The notes under the pieces: generated by a model
What the model was told of the DNA's origin: nothing
Databases searched by the model: none
What the model saw: only the letters and a program-made list of their open reading frames with translations
In this document: positions 42,341 to 53,699 of the stretch, in pieces
Layout of the letters: the number at the start of each line of letters is the position of its first letter
Numbering within the stretch: the stretch's first letter is position 1
Program-made: the position numbers and the translations under genes
DNA from: an uncultured delta proteobacterium
GTDB taxonomy: Bacteria > Myxococcota_A > Polyangia > Polyangiales > Houyiibacteriaceae
Direction: 5' to 3'
NCBI GenBank assembly: GCA_963786865.1
Contig: CAWBAV010000018.1
Coordinates: 79,292-143,291, forward strand
DNA length: 64,000 nt

Positions 42341-44365
42341 TCAGTCTCCGGGCCGCAGCCCGCTTTCGATCGCGTGACGAACCATCGAATCGCCCTCGAC
42401 GGCAAGCGCGTCGCTCAAGAGCTTGCGGGTGTATTCGGTATCGATCTCGAGCAGCAGCTTGATGGCGAGCATCCGAACGTTCCAAGCCTCGTGCTGGAGA
42501 CCTCGTTCGATGAGCTTTTCTGCGTCGATGGACGGCAGAGTGCGCGCCGCACGAAGACCTGCCTGAAAAACCTCGTGGTCTGGATGTGCAAGTGCGCGCT
42601 CGACGGCTGCCTCGACTTCGGAATCTCCCAGCCATGCGAGTGAGTCCAAAGCTGCCGCGATGACGACTGGCTCCCGGTCCTCGAGAAGGGTGCGAATCCG
42701 AGGAATGGCGGAGTTGACGTCTCGCCTACCGAGAGCAAGCGCGGCCTCTGCGCGTATCGGAGGAAACGGAGAGTCGAGCGCGGTGCGAAGGGGCGCGTTG
42801 GCCTCGGTGCTGCGCAACTGCCCCAGCGTACGCACGGCTGCAATCTGAACGTCGATGTCCTCATCGGCGACGGCGTATCCAATGAGTTGAGCGACGTCGG
42901 TTGCGTCTGCCATCGCGAGGGCCTGCACGACCGCCCTGCGTGTACGCGGGTCGCTGCTGTGCAGGCCGCGTTTGAGCACCTCGACCGCGCCACCGGAAGC
43001 GAGACGCGACAGCACCTGCGCGATGTCGGCGCCACCCGGTCCGTCTAGATCTGCGCGCGCAAGCGCTCCCTCGACGAGATCTGGAGACCGCTCGGCAATC
43101 GCCTCGAGCGCGCTGGTCGCGGCAGCACGCACTTCGTGGGACGAGCTGTTCAGACATTCGACGAGCGCGCGGCAATCCCGTTCATCGCCCCACCAACGGA
43201 GGCTCTCCGCGGCGGCTGCGCGCACGGGATTGGTCCCGTCGGTCAAGTCGCGTTCGATGAGGCTTCGTATCCGATCACGAGTTCCCGGCGGAACCTCCGC
43301 GAGATGTCGCGAGCTCAGCTCGGCAGCCAACTCGAGGGCGATCGCCCAAACGCGTGGCTCGCCACGGCGTTGCATCAACAGCGGCTCGACCAGGCCCGCT
43401 CCCCAGCTCCTGAGAGCTTCGACGGTTTCGGGATTCGCGACGTCGTCCGCAACGGCTTGAATGACCGCTTCGAGTGAGGTCTCGTCTCTGCAGAGCACTG
43501 ACAAATAGGCTGCGCCTTGCCGAGTCGCCGTGTCCCCGTGCAGGAGGGACTCATGAATTGCGTGCCGAAACGACTCGTTCGCGGCGCCCAGTCTTTCGAC
43601 CAACTCGGCCCGGTGCTCAGCGGCGCGTTCAGCAAGCTCCCCGATTGCGCGCAACGCGGCAGCGGACGTTTGGGGCGAGGCGTCCGTCGCCAGCTCGATG
43701 AGAAACTCGAGCGCCTCTGGATCCCCGGTTCTTCCTAGGAGCTCCGTGGAGATCCGACGGACGATCGCGTCTTCGACTGCCGGCTTGAGCTCATCCCACG
43801 CGACTCGTGTGCCGAGCCGTGTCAGGCCTTCGACGATTGAAATTCGTAGAAAGAGATGCTGCGTGGACAAACCCCCTCTTAGAAGCTCTGCGACCCGCAC
43901 GCCTCCAATACATACGAGCGCTTCGACGGCGGCCGCCGCGACGTTGGTGTTCGAGCCACGTACCAGCAACTCGAGATGGTCTATCATTTGAGGGTCTCGA
44001 GTCTTTCCCATCGCTTCTACGAGAAACTTCTTCGCCCCCTCGCCGGCTCGCGAACAAGCCTCTGCGAACTTCTCGGACTTTCCCTGAGCGACCAAGCCAA
44101 GAACCTCGATGGCCGCGTTCCGCAGCCCGATGTTGTTCGTTTGAACCAAGCGGGTCAGGAGCTCGTCGATCAGCTCGTCCTTCTGGATCGCCTGTGCGGC
44201 CAGTGAAATGGCCTCCCTCCGGACGCGCCAATCAGGATCGGACAGCGCATCGAGGATCTGCTGCAGGGGCGTACCCTCAGGGCGGAGACTCATCTGATGG
44301 ACAGCCTGCCGACGGACATCGGGGTCGGCAGAATGGAACGCGTCTTCGAGTCTACCGGAGGTCAC
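42341..44365 (-). CDS. HEAT/PBS-lyase repeat protein
   Basis: Repeated L.D.D..VR..A..AL motifs throughout. Confidence 0.85.
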   Translation of the reverse strand: MTSGRLEDAFHSADPDVRRQAVHQMSLRPEGTPLQQILDALSDPDWRVRREAISLAAQAIQKDELIDELLTRLVQTNNIGLRNAAIEVLGLVAQGKSEKFAEACSRAGEGAKKFLVEAMGKTRDPQMIDHLELLVRGSNTNVAAAAVEALVCIGGVRVAELLRGGLSTQHLFLRISIVEGLTRLGTRVAWDELKPAVEDAIVRRISTELLGRTGDPEALEFLIELATDASPQTSAAALRAIGELAERAAEHRAELVERLGAANESFRHAIHESLLHGDTATRQGAAYLSVLCRDETSLEAVIQAVADDVANPETVEALRSWGAGLVEPLLMQRRGEPRVWAIALELAAELSSRHLAEVPPGTRDRIRSLIERDLTDGTNPVRAAAAESLRWWGDERDCRALVECLNSSSHEVRAAATSALEAIAERSPDLVEGALARADLDGPGGADIAQVLSRLASGGAVEVLKRGLHSSDPRTRRAVVQALAMADATDVAQLIGYAVADEDIDVQIAAVRTLGQLRSTEANAPLRTALDSPFPPIRAEAALALGRRDVNSAIPRIRTLLEDREPVVIAAALDSLAWLGDSEVEAAVERALAHPDHEVFQAGLRAARTLPSIDAEKLIERGLQHEAWNVRMLAIKLLLEIDTEYTRKLLSDALAVEGDSMVRHAIESGLRPGD

Positions 44366-44862
44366 GGTGCCTCCGATGGCAGCGACGGCAGCTCGCCATG
44401 AGGTATCGTGATGGCAGGTTCGACCAGTCGACCCGCGTCGAGCAGAAACACCAGTCGTTGTTCATGTCGAAACGCCGACGCGATGCCCCGCTCTTTGTGA
44501 CGTTCGTCGAGTATCGGAACCTCACGAGACTTCCCTTCGGCTGATGAAAACACGTCGAGGACGGCGTCGACGACGACGCCGACGAGCTTTCCAGCCGTTT
44601 CGAGGATGATCCACTTGGTGCGTCGAGTCGCCTCATGCGGAGGCAAGCCAAACAGCCGGCGCAAATCCACGATTGGGACGACACTCTCGCGATAGTCCGA
44701 AACTCCGATGACGAAAGGCCGCTCATGCGGAAGCGCGATGACCGGTAGCGGATTCACGATCTCGCGTATGCTGGCGACTTCGAGCGCATACATCACCCCG
44801 TCGACTTCGACTCGAATGAGGTCTTTCGCCAGCGTCGCGCTGTATGCTCTTCCTGCCCTCAA
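44362..44862 (-). CDS. cheW: CheW coupling protein
   Basis: IREIV, GVSDYRESVVPIVDL, GVVVDAV; TTG start approximate. Confidence 0.85.
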   Translation of the reverse strand: MRAGRAYSATLAKDLIRVEVDGVMYALEVASIREIVNPLPVIALPHERPFVIGVSDYRESVVPIVDLRRLFGLPPHEATRRTKWIILETAGKLVGVVVDAVLDVFSSAEGKSREVPILDERHKERGIASAFRHEQRLVFLLDAGRLVEPAITIPHGELPSLPSEAP

Positions 44863-44863
44863 G

Positions 44864-45355
44864 TCATCCCCCCAGCAAGGACACAGGGTCAATCAAGATC
44901 AGCATCTCGTTCTTCTCGGAAGACGCGCTCGAGGACATGCGCCCGATTCCAACGACGTACTCCGACAGCTCGGCGCCCATGGCGCTCGCATACTCGATCT
45001 GCGCGGGTTCCATGCGATAGACCTGAATGACCGCGTCGACCGCCACCCCGATGAGCTCCTCCCCGTTGTCGACCAGGAGCACGCGTCCACAAGTTCGCCC
45101 CTCCTCGACAGCGAGGTTCAACAGCTTTGGTAGATCGATCACAGTGATGATCTGACCGCGAACCGAAATGACACCCAGGATGTGCTCCGCCGTCCTGGGA
45201 ACCTCAGCAACCGGGGGCGGAATCAGGATTTCACGCACTGCGGACAGGGGGAAGCCATATGTTTCGTCGCCCGCCAAGACGGCCAACACGGCGATGGCAC
45301 CGCCCTCGCTATTCGGATCCGGAACCAGAGTAGCCTTCTGTGCGCTCGAGCTCAT
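44864..45355 (-). CDS. cheW: CheW coupling protein
   Basis: VREIL, GVISVRGQIITVIDL, GVAVDAV. Confidence 0.88.
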   Translation of the reverse strand: MSSSAQKATLVPDPNSEGGAIAVLAVLAGDETYGFPLSAVREILIPPPVAEVPRTAEHILGVISVRGQIITVIDLPKLLNLAVEEGRTCGRVLLVDNGEELIGVAVDAVIQVYRMEPAQIEYASAMGAELSEYVVGIGRMSSSASSEKNEMLILIDPVSLLGG

Positions 45356-47428
45356 ACCCGCGTCTCCAAAGACTTGAGCGCGGCCGCTCCGTCGAAGTAC
45401 TCCGTGAAGAGAGCAGGCACGTCGAGCACCAAGGCGACTATCTGATCACCCAAGTCGGTAGCCCCAGCAAACCCTCGAACGGACGCAAGGCTCTTCCCGA
45501 GCGACTTGATGATCACGTCCTCCTGTCCGACGAGCCCGTCGACGACGAAGCCCAACTCGCGATTTCCCATCGATCCGACGACGATGAAACGTCCCCCCTC
45601 CTGGCTGGGGCTTCGGAAACCGAAGAGACGTGCGAGATTGCAAATCGCGAGCGTCTCCCCCCTTAGCGTGATCACCTCGCGCCCCTGGATGCTACGTACC
45701 GCGTCGGGAACGTACGGTATCGCTTCACGCACGGCCGTTATCGGGAGGGCAAACGTCCGAGAGGCGACCGTGACGATGAGAGCTCGAATGATCGCCAATG
45801 TGATGGGGAGCGTGACCGTTATCTTCGTTCCGATCCCCTGTTCGCTGGCAATCGAGATCATTCCGCCTAAGCGAAGGATGTTCGTCTTCACCACGTCCAT
45901 CCCGACGCCCCGGCCCGACATGCCCGTGACTTCGGAGCTGGTACTGAGGCCCGGAAGGAAGACCAGGTTCAGCATGTCCTGACGAGTCAGCTCGTGGCCG
46001 AGGTCCGCGCTCAGCAAGCCTCGGGCGATCGCGGCCTCGCGAAGCTCTTGCGCATTCATGCCGTTTCCATCGTCTTCGACTTCGATGACGACGTTGCTGC
46101 CCTTGTGATACGCGTTGAGCGCCAACGTACCCTCAGACCTCTTCGCGACGCGCGTGCGGACCTCCGATGACTCGATCCCATGGTCGATTGCGTTTCTGAT
46201 CAAGTGCATCAGCGGATCGGTCAACTCCTCGACGATCAGCTTGTCGACCTCGGTGCTCGCGCCAGTCACCACTAATCGCACCTGTTTATCTTGCTCGCGC
46301 GCCGCTTGTCGGACGATGCGAGCAAGCTTGTTGAACACCTGGCCCAACGGAACCATTCGGACGTCGAGGATCCCTGCACGAAGCTCTGCGAGCTGGCGTT
46401 CGAAACCGCGACCGATGCGGTCCAAGCTCATTACGGATTGCCTGTCGACCGATCTGCTCTTGAGATCATCCACGATGCGGCCGACCGCGCTACGGACCAA
46501 TGCGAGCTCGCCCACGACATTCATCAAGTGGTCGAGCTTGCGAATGTCCACGCGAACCGAGTTGGCCACCGATCGCAGCGACGCCGGACTCGCATCTTCG
46601 TCCTTGTGCGGCCCCATGCTGGTCGTCATCGAGGGGGGCATCGAAGTGAGAAGCGGGGGTAGCGTGGGCAAGTGGGTTTGCTCGGGAATCGCTTCGATCC
46701 TACCGTATTGCCCTTCGAAATGTTTCTTGAGGTCCTGCTCCGGAACTCGACTCGCGAGCAGGACTACCAGCTCGATGGTGTCGTTGTTTCCGCCCTCCAT
46801 GCTGGGGAGATACGTGATGATTTCGGCATCATCGCGCGCAACTTCGCGCAACCTCTCGATCGAGTCATCGATGGCAGTGAGCTCGAACGCGGCGCGAAGA
46901 CGGTAGAGTTGGAGCCCTTCACGGATACACGCACGGAGCCGGTGCTCTTCGTACTCTGTGAGCACGGACAGCACCGCTGGAATCGAGGACATATCTCTCG
47001 AGTGGGTCGACCTCCTCTTCAGAGGGCAGCAAGCCAATCGAGCGGATCGCTGCGATGTAGGCTTGCACTCCGGGCTCTTCTTCCGGTGACCGAGGGTCGT
47101 CGAGTGCTAGAAGGCGTTGAAAACGCTCCACCGAATCGAAGAGCACGTCGAGGAGCTGCTGAGTCACGACGATCCGGCCGAGACGCAAGTCATCGAGCAA
47201 GTCCTCGAGCGCATGCGCAACGGCCCCAACGTGCCTGTACCCGAACATCCCCGCGATGCCCTTGAGCGTGTGTACGCTTCTGAAGATCTCGTTGATCAGG
47301 GCGGGATTGAGGCGCTCATCTCGATGGTGTGCCTCGTCGAGCAGCAAGAGGTCTCGCGACAACGCCTCGACGAGCTCCTGAGCCTCCGCGAGGAACTCCT
47401 GCTGAACGTTATCGCGCGGATCGCTCAC
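45352..47428 (-). pseudogene. cheA: CheA histidine kinase split by an apparent 1-nt insertion near 46981 (pseudogene or sequencing error)
   Basis: Hpt domain (IFRSVHTLKG) in ORF 46919-47428; P3-P5 (VRVD, HLIRNAIDHG, DDG, SGRGVGMDVV, CheW domain) in ORF 45352-47037; removing one T in GAT-T-CCA joins YVLD to PAVLSVLTEYEEHRL. Confidence 0.85.
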
Positions 47429-47814
47429 CCGGCCCCCCCTGCGACGGTCGACAACAATCCGCGAATCAACTCGCGAAGCTCGTCGACCTCGAACGGCTTC
47501 TCGAGGAAGGCATCGGCTCCGAGCTCCATGCCCCGCCTCGCGTCCTGCCCATCGACCTGCGTACTGATCAGGATTTTCCGGGCCCCTTGCTGCCGTGGGC
47601 TCTTCTTCATGAAGGTCAGGAGCTCGAGCCCGTTGATGTCGGGCATGTTGATGTCGACGATGACGACATCGAACGTGTTGGAGGCCAGCAGTCGCAGAGC
47701 TTCGAAACCGGTCGCGGCTTCTTCGACTTTCGCGAAGTCCGTATCCTCCAGTGAGGCGCGAACAAATGCGCGCACGGCGCTGCTGTCGTCGACGATTAGA
47801 GCGTGAAAAACCAC
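47425..47814 (-). CDS. Single-domain response regulator, CheY-like
   Basis: IVDDS, VDINMPDINGLE, EKPF; GTG start re-picked. Confidence 0.88.
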   Translation of the reverse strand: MVFHALIVDDSSAVRAFVRASLEDTDFAKVEEAATGFEALRLLASNTFDVVIVDINMPDINGLELLTFMKKSPRQQGARKILISTQVDGQDARRGMELGADAFLEKPFEVDELRELIRGLLSTVAGGAG

Positions 47815-47863
47815 TCGTCCCCCCGCGTACAGGGTAACAGAGACGAAGCGGGGGGTACCCGCC

Positions 47864-48205
47864 CTATTCGCGCCAAAACGAACGCGATTTCGGAGCATCC
47901 GGCGCGCAGGATGAACATGCGCACAGGCTTCGCAGGAAGCGATGACTGTAGATTCCCGTCTGGTGACCGTCGCGCCACACGAGTCGAATGGCGTAATTGC
48001 CGACCGATTGAACGTCGCTGAGCTCGAAGTCCCCGCCTTCGACGAATCGGACGGGTCCCTCGTGTCCCTGGCAGTGCGCACACGGGCAAAATCCCCGCAA
48101 GACCTCATGCGGATACACGCTCTGATGTCCGTCCGCCCAATCGATTTCCATGACGCGTGCCCCGCGGGGCGCTCGGAGCTCTACCGGTTGGGGCGCGTCA
48201 CTCAC
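47864..48205 (-). CDS. DUF971 / GBBH-like N-terminal domain protein
   Basis: WADGH...LRGFCPCAHCQGH, VGNYA, DGHQTGIY. Confidence 0.85.
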   Translation of the reverse strand: MSDAPQPVELRAPRGARVMEIDWADGHQSVYPHEVLRGFCPCAHCQGHEGPVRFVEGGDFELSDVQSVGNYAIRLVWRDGHQTGIYSHRFLRSLCACSSCAPDAPKSRSFWRE

Positions 48206-48960
48206 TGGACTCTGCCTTCCCAACTGCCCGAAGCCATCGCCGTGCGCTCGCGAACGGTCACGGTCGCATGGTAGGCGTCGAGCTCTGCGAGCGCATCGTC
48301 GAGCTCTCGCCGTTCGCGCTCGGGCCAAGGCTGCTCGGGAAGCTCGTTCGTCGACTGAATCAAGACCCAGCGTCGAAGCGCGCCAGCCGAGAGTATCAAA
48401 CGACCCCCTCCGCACGCCCGGCACACGATCCCCCCCCGCGCCGCATCGAAGGAAGCGGGGCGGCCGACGGCTGGCACCTTCCCGCAATGAACACATCGGT
48501 CGAGCGTCGGCGCGAAGCCGAGAATCGTGAGGACCCGAATCTGGAGACACAGCAGGGCCTCTTTCGCTGGGGCCCGATCGTTGAGAGCGGCGAGAAAGCG
48601 TACGGCCGCGTCGAACACGGCAGGCTCGGGCTCGTGGTCGGGTACGCGCTCCCGAATGACCGCCATGGCGGCGCCTGCGGATCCAATCGCCTCGAGACTG
48701 CGAAGGATCTCGTGGAACGATCGGTCGACCGAAACCTGCTCCAAGTGTGCCAGCTCACCGCGTCCAGGACGGAACTGCGCCTTCATCAAGACGTAGGGCT
48801 GTAGCGCGCCGCCAAAGCGGCGCTGGCTCTTTCTGGCACCTCGTGCGAGCGCAGAAAGCTTGCCGTAGTCCTCGGTCAGGAGAGTGACGATTCGGTCCGA
48901 GTCACGATAATCGACGGATCGCAGAAGGAGCGCTCGGCTCTGGCGGCTTCGACTTGGCAC
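48202..48960 (-). CDS. recO: DNA repair protein RecO
   Basis: DYRDSDRIVTLLT, ARGARKSQRRFGG, CVHC...CRAC zinc finger. Confidence 0.92.
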   Translation of the reverse strand: MPSRSRQSRALLLRSVDYRDSDRIVTLLTEDYGKLSALARGARKSQRRFGGALQPYVLMKAQFRPGRGELAHLEQVSVDRSFHEILRSLEAIGSAGAAMAVIRERVPDHEPEPAVFDAAVRFLAALNDRAPAKEALLCLQIRVLTILGFAPTLDRCVHCGKVPAVGRPASFDAARGGIVCRACGGGRLILSAGALRRWVLIQSTNELPEQPWPERERRELDDALAELDAYHATVTVRERTAMASGSWEGRVQ

Positions 48961-49367
48961 GGCTGGGCGGAGGATAGCTCAATCGGATCCTTCTGTGCAG
49001 GCGCTCGCCTGACCAGGATGAAAGTGGCGACGATGATCGCAAAAAGCGCCGCAGTCGTTACGGCAAGCACCACCGCCCCATATCCTCGCCGGCTATCGAC
49101 GGTCGCAAGCGGAGCTGGGGGCAAGGTCTTCGGCCGATGCCGGTCGAATCGCTCGAGAACGTCGTCCGCATCGATGTGAACGGCCGATGCATATGCTTTG
49201 ATGAACCCGCGCACGAACACGCCACTGGGCAGATCTTCGAAGCGATCGTGTTCGAGTGATTCGAGCGTCTTGCGGGGGATACGCGTCCTGCTCGAAACCT
49301 CTTCGAGCGACAACCGACGCATCTCGCGCTCGGTCTTCAAGTAGTCGCCAATCGATTCGGCCGTCAT
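48876..49367 (-). CDS. RodZ-like HTH protein with TM helix
   Basis: IGDYLKTERE...SLEEV...TRI...LE...LP..VFVRGFIKAYA; TM segment. Confidence 0.8.
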   Translation of the reverse strand: MTAESIGDYLKTEREMRRLSLEEVSSRTRIPRKTLESLEHDRFEDLPSGVFVRGFIKAYASAVHIDADDVLERFDRHRPKTLPPAPLATVDSRRGYGAVVLAVTTAALFAIIVATFILVRRAPAQKDPIELSSAQPCQVEAARAERSFCDPSIIVTRTESSLS

Positions 49368-50155
49368 CGTGAGTCCTCGAGAAGTGTTTGGCACATGCGA
49401 CCGTCGTTGGAATAGGGGTCGAGCTCCACGCAACGCTCGAGGTCCGCCACCGCGTCCTGCCGATGTCCGAGTCGTGCGCGCACCTCACCACGAAGACGCC
49501 AAGCGCCTTGAAGCTGGGGGCTCTTGGCGCAGGAAGGATCCGCCTGAAGCGCGCTCACGAGAGCTCGCTCCGCATCCTTGAGCTGCTGCAAGTGCCAAAG
49601 TGCCTGCCCCATCGTGAAGTATCCCACGCAGAACCTCGGCTGTAGTCGAACCGCTTCCATGGTGGAGGTCACCGCCTCTTGATATTCTCCCGCATTCAAT
49701 TGTGCCAGGCCGAGATTGCCCCACGCAAGATGTGGTGCTGTGTTCAGCTCATCCTCGGCGGACTGCCGAAGCACCACGATGGCTTCGTCGTAGCGCCCGA
49801 GCTCCATCAGACAGAGCCCGTAGATGTTGCGCGCCTCAGCAAGCGTAGAGCCACCCTGCTTCTGCTTCTCGAGAAGCTTGATGCCGGCGCTGAGATGTTG
49901 CTCTGCGTTTGCATAGTCCCGGCGCTCCATCTGGATGAAGCCGAGGAGCAGATGGGCCTCGGCATTGCTGGAATCGAGCTCCAAGGCCTTGCGAAGGTGC
50001 TCGATGGCACTGGCCGTCTGTCCTTCATCCCGAAGGCTTGCTGCGAGCTGGAACTCTCGAAACGAGCGCTCCCCGTTCGGAGTACCCGAGGCCGAAGTGG
50101 TTGCACACCCCATCGCCAGGCAAGCCAGGCAAACCAATCCCCAGATTCGAGCCAC
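49364..50155 (-). CDS. tgl: TPR lipoprotein, Tgl/PilF (type IV pilus secretin pilotin) type
   Basis: Lipobox AMGC; tandem TPRs; AWGNLG, PRFCVG; adjacent to rodZ-like gene and recO. Confidence 0.65.
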   Translation of the reverse strand: MARIWGLVCLACLAMGCATTSASGTPNGERSFREFQLAASLRDEGQTASAIEHLRKALELDSSNAEAHLLLGFIQMERRDYANAEQHLSAGIKLLEKQKQGGSTLAEARNIYGLCLMELGRYDEAIVVLRQSAEDELNTAPHLAWGNLGLAQLNAGEYQEAVTSTMEAVRLQPRFCVGYFTMGQALWHLQQLKDAERALVSALQADPSCAKSPQLQGAWRLRGEVRARLGHRQDAVADLERCVELDPYSNDGRMCQTLLEDSR

Positions 50156-50204
50156 TCGAAGGGTCTACTGAGTGGCGCGACCTGGGTCAAGAAGGGGTGT
50201 CGGT

Positions 50205-50858
50205 TTACCGACAGCCGAGGCCGTGCCGCACGTCTTCTTTCAGTGCGAGCAGATCGTGCAACTGTCTCAGGGCAGCGGGATCGGAGATGGTGATCGTTTG
50301 ATCACCCAAGCTGAGGTATCCACGCTCTTTTAGCTGACCTACGACTGCCTTGACCTGATCCAGGTCCAATGCAGTTCGGGTGGATAATTCGAGCGGAGAA
50401 AGCTCGAACGGGCCGACCGTCTCGCCTTCGGCTACGTGAAGAAGGCTGTTCAGCACCCGGATCGTAGGGTCGGGCAGCAGGAAATTCTCGATTTGCTCCT
50501 CCGCTCTTTGCAGACGCCGGGCAAGCTGCTGCATCACGCTCTCCCCCACATCGGGCCGCCTGCGTGCCAGCGCCCGGAACGTATCGCTCTCGATCACCAA
50601 GGCGGTGACGGGCTCGATGGCCCGGGCAGTGGCATTGCGGTGGGCCCCGGGCAGAAGGGCTTCTTCGCCGACGATCTCCTGGGAGCCGTAGAGCCCGACG
50701 CTTCGTTCGACCCCGCGCGCTCGTTTGATCAGTTGCACCCGGCCGTCACGGATCAGATAGAGCTCGGATGCCGGCGCCCCAGCGTAATACAAGGTGGACC
50801 CGGCGGAGAAGCTCCGGTAGAAGCGCTCGATCCCGAGCTCATCGGCCGATTCGGGCAT
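50205..50858 (-). CDS. Crp/Fnr-family regulator
   Basis: cNMP-binding domain (LYLIRDGRV, GEEALL...RNATARA) and C-terminal HTH. Confidence 0.8.
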   Translation of the reverse strand: MPESADELGIERFYRSFSAGSTLYYAGAPASELYLIRDGRVQLIKRARGVERSVGLYGSQEIVGEEALLPGAHRNATARAIEPVTALVIESDTFRALARRRPDVGESVMQQLARRLQRAEEQIENFLLPDPTIRVLNSLLHVAEGETVGPFELSPLELSTRTALDLDQVKAVVGQLKERGYLSLGDQTITISDPAALRQLHDLLALKEDVRHGLGCR

Positions 50859-50897
50859 CGAACCTAGTTACTCCAGTTGGCGTAAATCGCGCAACCG

Positions 50898-51871
50898 CTA
50901 TCGGGCGAGGTGACAGGCCGCCGCGTGCCCGTCCTCGAGGGTCCGAAGCGCCGGAACCTCTCGATCGCAAAGACCTTTTTGGGAAATCGGGCAGCGCGGG
51001 TGAAAGGCGCATCCCGGCGGGGGATCGAGCGGGCTCGGCACATCGCCTTCCAGCAAGAGCCGTCGCTTGCGCGCGCTTGGATCTGGCTCGGGCGCTGCGC
51101 TGAGGAGGGCCTCGGTATAGGGATGACGAGGGCGGGCGTAGATCTGCTCGGAGCGCGCAAGCTCCACGATGCGCCCGAGGTACATCACCGCAACGCGCCG
51201 ACTCACATGCTCCACCACGTGAAGATCGTGTGCAATGAAGAGATAGCTCAGACCGAGCTCCATCTGGAGGTCGCTGAGCAGATTGACGATCTGCGCCTGA
51301 ATCGAAACGTCTAGGGCGCTGACGGGCTCGTCAGCCACGATGAAGCTCGGCGAAACGGCGAGTGCGCGCGCGATGCCGATACGCTGACGCTGACCGCCGG
51401 AGAACTCGTGCGGGTAACGGCGCATCTGCTCGGGTCGCAAACCGACACGCTCGAGCAATGCGGCGATCCGTTGCTCCTCTTCCGACCCCGCGCCAACGAT
51501 CCCATGAACTCTCAGCGCCTCCGCGAGAGCAGCCCGCACGGTCATCCGCGGGTTCAGAGAGCTGTATGGATCCTGAAAGATGATCTGCATCTTTCTGCGG
51601 AATGGTCTCAACGCGGACTGCGACAGCTCGGTGATGTCCTGGCCTTCGAAATAGATTCGCCCTTCCGTCGGATCGTAGAGACGAAGGAGCAGACGTCCCA
51701 AGGTGCTCTTGCCGCAGCCGGACTCCCCAACCAGGCCCAAGGTCTCGCCGGGCATCACTTCCAGGCTGACGCCATCGACCGCGCGGAGCTCGGCGTGCCC
51801 GCGTGCGATGCCACGGGACGGCCCGCGAAACGATTTCCGAAGCGATTCGGCACGCACGATCGCTTGCTCGC

Positions 51872-51875
<4 letters not shown>
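50898..51875 (-). CDS. Peptide ABC transporter ATP-binding protein, OppF/DppF type
   Basis: [36 protein letters not shown]. Confidence 0.93.
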
Positions 51876-52846
<971 letters not shown>

Positions 52847-52886
52847 GCGGCGCTACCTTAGCACCACCGAGCCGATGCTCGCCTTT

Positions 52887-53699
52887 TCATGAGCAAGGGG
52901 CGTGCTCGATCGACATGCCCGGTCCTGGAGCCTGCTGAAATGCATCTGCAGGAACCTCTGGGTCGACGACTATCGACTTCACACGAACCGAGGTGTCAGC
53001 GTCGTTGACCTCGTCGACGAACCGCACATTCGTCGGAAACGAGTGACCGTCGACCTCGATGTGCTCGTCGTAGGTCGCCTTCCAGCGCGTTTTTCCGTCA
53101 GGCCCTCGCTCGGCCGAGCTGCGAAGCGTCAGTCGTTGCTCCCCGGGCGCCTTTGCACGATCGGACTCGTGGATGGAAAACGCGAGCTCTTGCGTAGACC
53201 CGTCCGCGGCGACCAGCGTGACGATGTAGCGCCCGTCACGGCATTCCATCGATTGCTCGGCCGCTTCGATCAGCGGTGTGTCGCCCGTGAGAAGTCTAAG
53301 GACATTCTCGGCGTCGACCGAGATTCCGAGGAGTCGCGCGATGTTCTGCGGACAAGTCGGACCGTAGAGAAAGGACCGCTGGCGCAAGTCGCTCAGTTGA
53401 AAGCTTTCCCCATCGCTCGTCAGAACCGCAGCGGGTCCAACCTGTGTCATGACGTCGAAACGTACGCGGTTTGGCCTTTCAAGAAACATCAGCACGTTCC
53501 CGCGAACGCGACCGTTGCGGCCCGACTGCGTCACTCGGGCTTCGGCCTTGATCGACTTCCACCCTTCTTGCCGGCGTGCGTGCTCGTCGAGCGCCTTTCC
53601 TGCGTCGGTCCTGGGCTGAACGGGGCAGGCGGGGGCGCTCTTGCACCCCGCAACGGAGACGATGGAGACGAGCAAGGCTGTGAAGCAGGCGCGTGTCAC
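52887..53699 (-). CDS. Lipoprotein, LolA/LolB-like (DUF4292-type) fold
   Basis: Lipobox VAGC; RPNRVRFDV; beta-rich; ends VPADAFQQ; GTG overlaps the upstream TAG. Confidence 0.6.
   Translation of the reverse strand: MTRACFTALLVSIVSVAGCKSAPACPVQPRTDAGKALDEHARRQEGWKSIKAEARVTQSGRNGRVRGNVLMFLERPNRVRFDVMTQVGPAAVLTSDGESFQLSDLRQRSFLYGPTCPQNIARLLGISVDAENVLRLLTGDTPLIEAAEQSMECRDGRYIVTLVAADGSTQELAFSIHESDRAKAPGEQRLTLRSSAERGPDGKTRWKATYDEHIEVDGHSFPTNVRFVDEVNDADTSVRVKSIVVDPEVPADAFQQAPGPGMSIEHAPCS

Noticed and set aside
46960-47000. Programmed ribosomal frameshift in cheA
   Set aside because: No slippery heptamer or homopolymer run at the junction
48876-48960. 85-bp overlap of the rodZ-like gene with recO
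   Set aside because: Most likely a non-conserved C-terminal run-on tail with no sign of function
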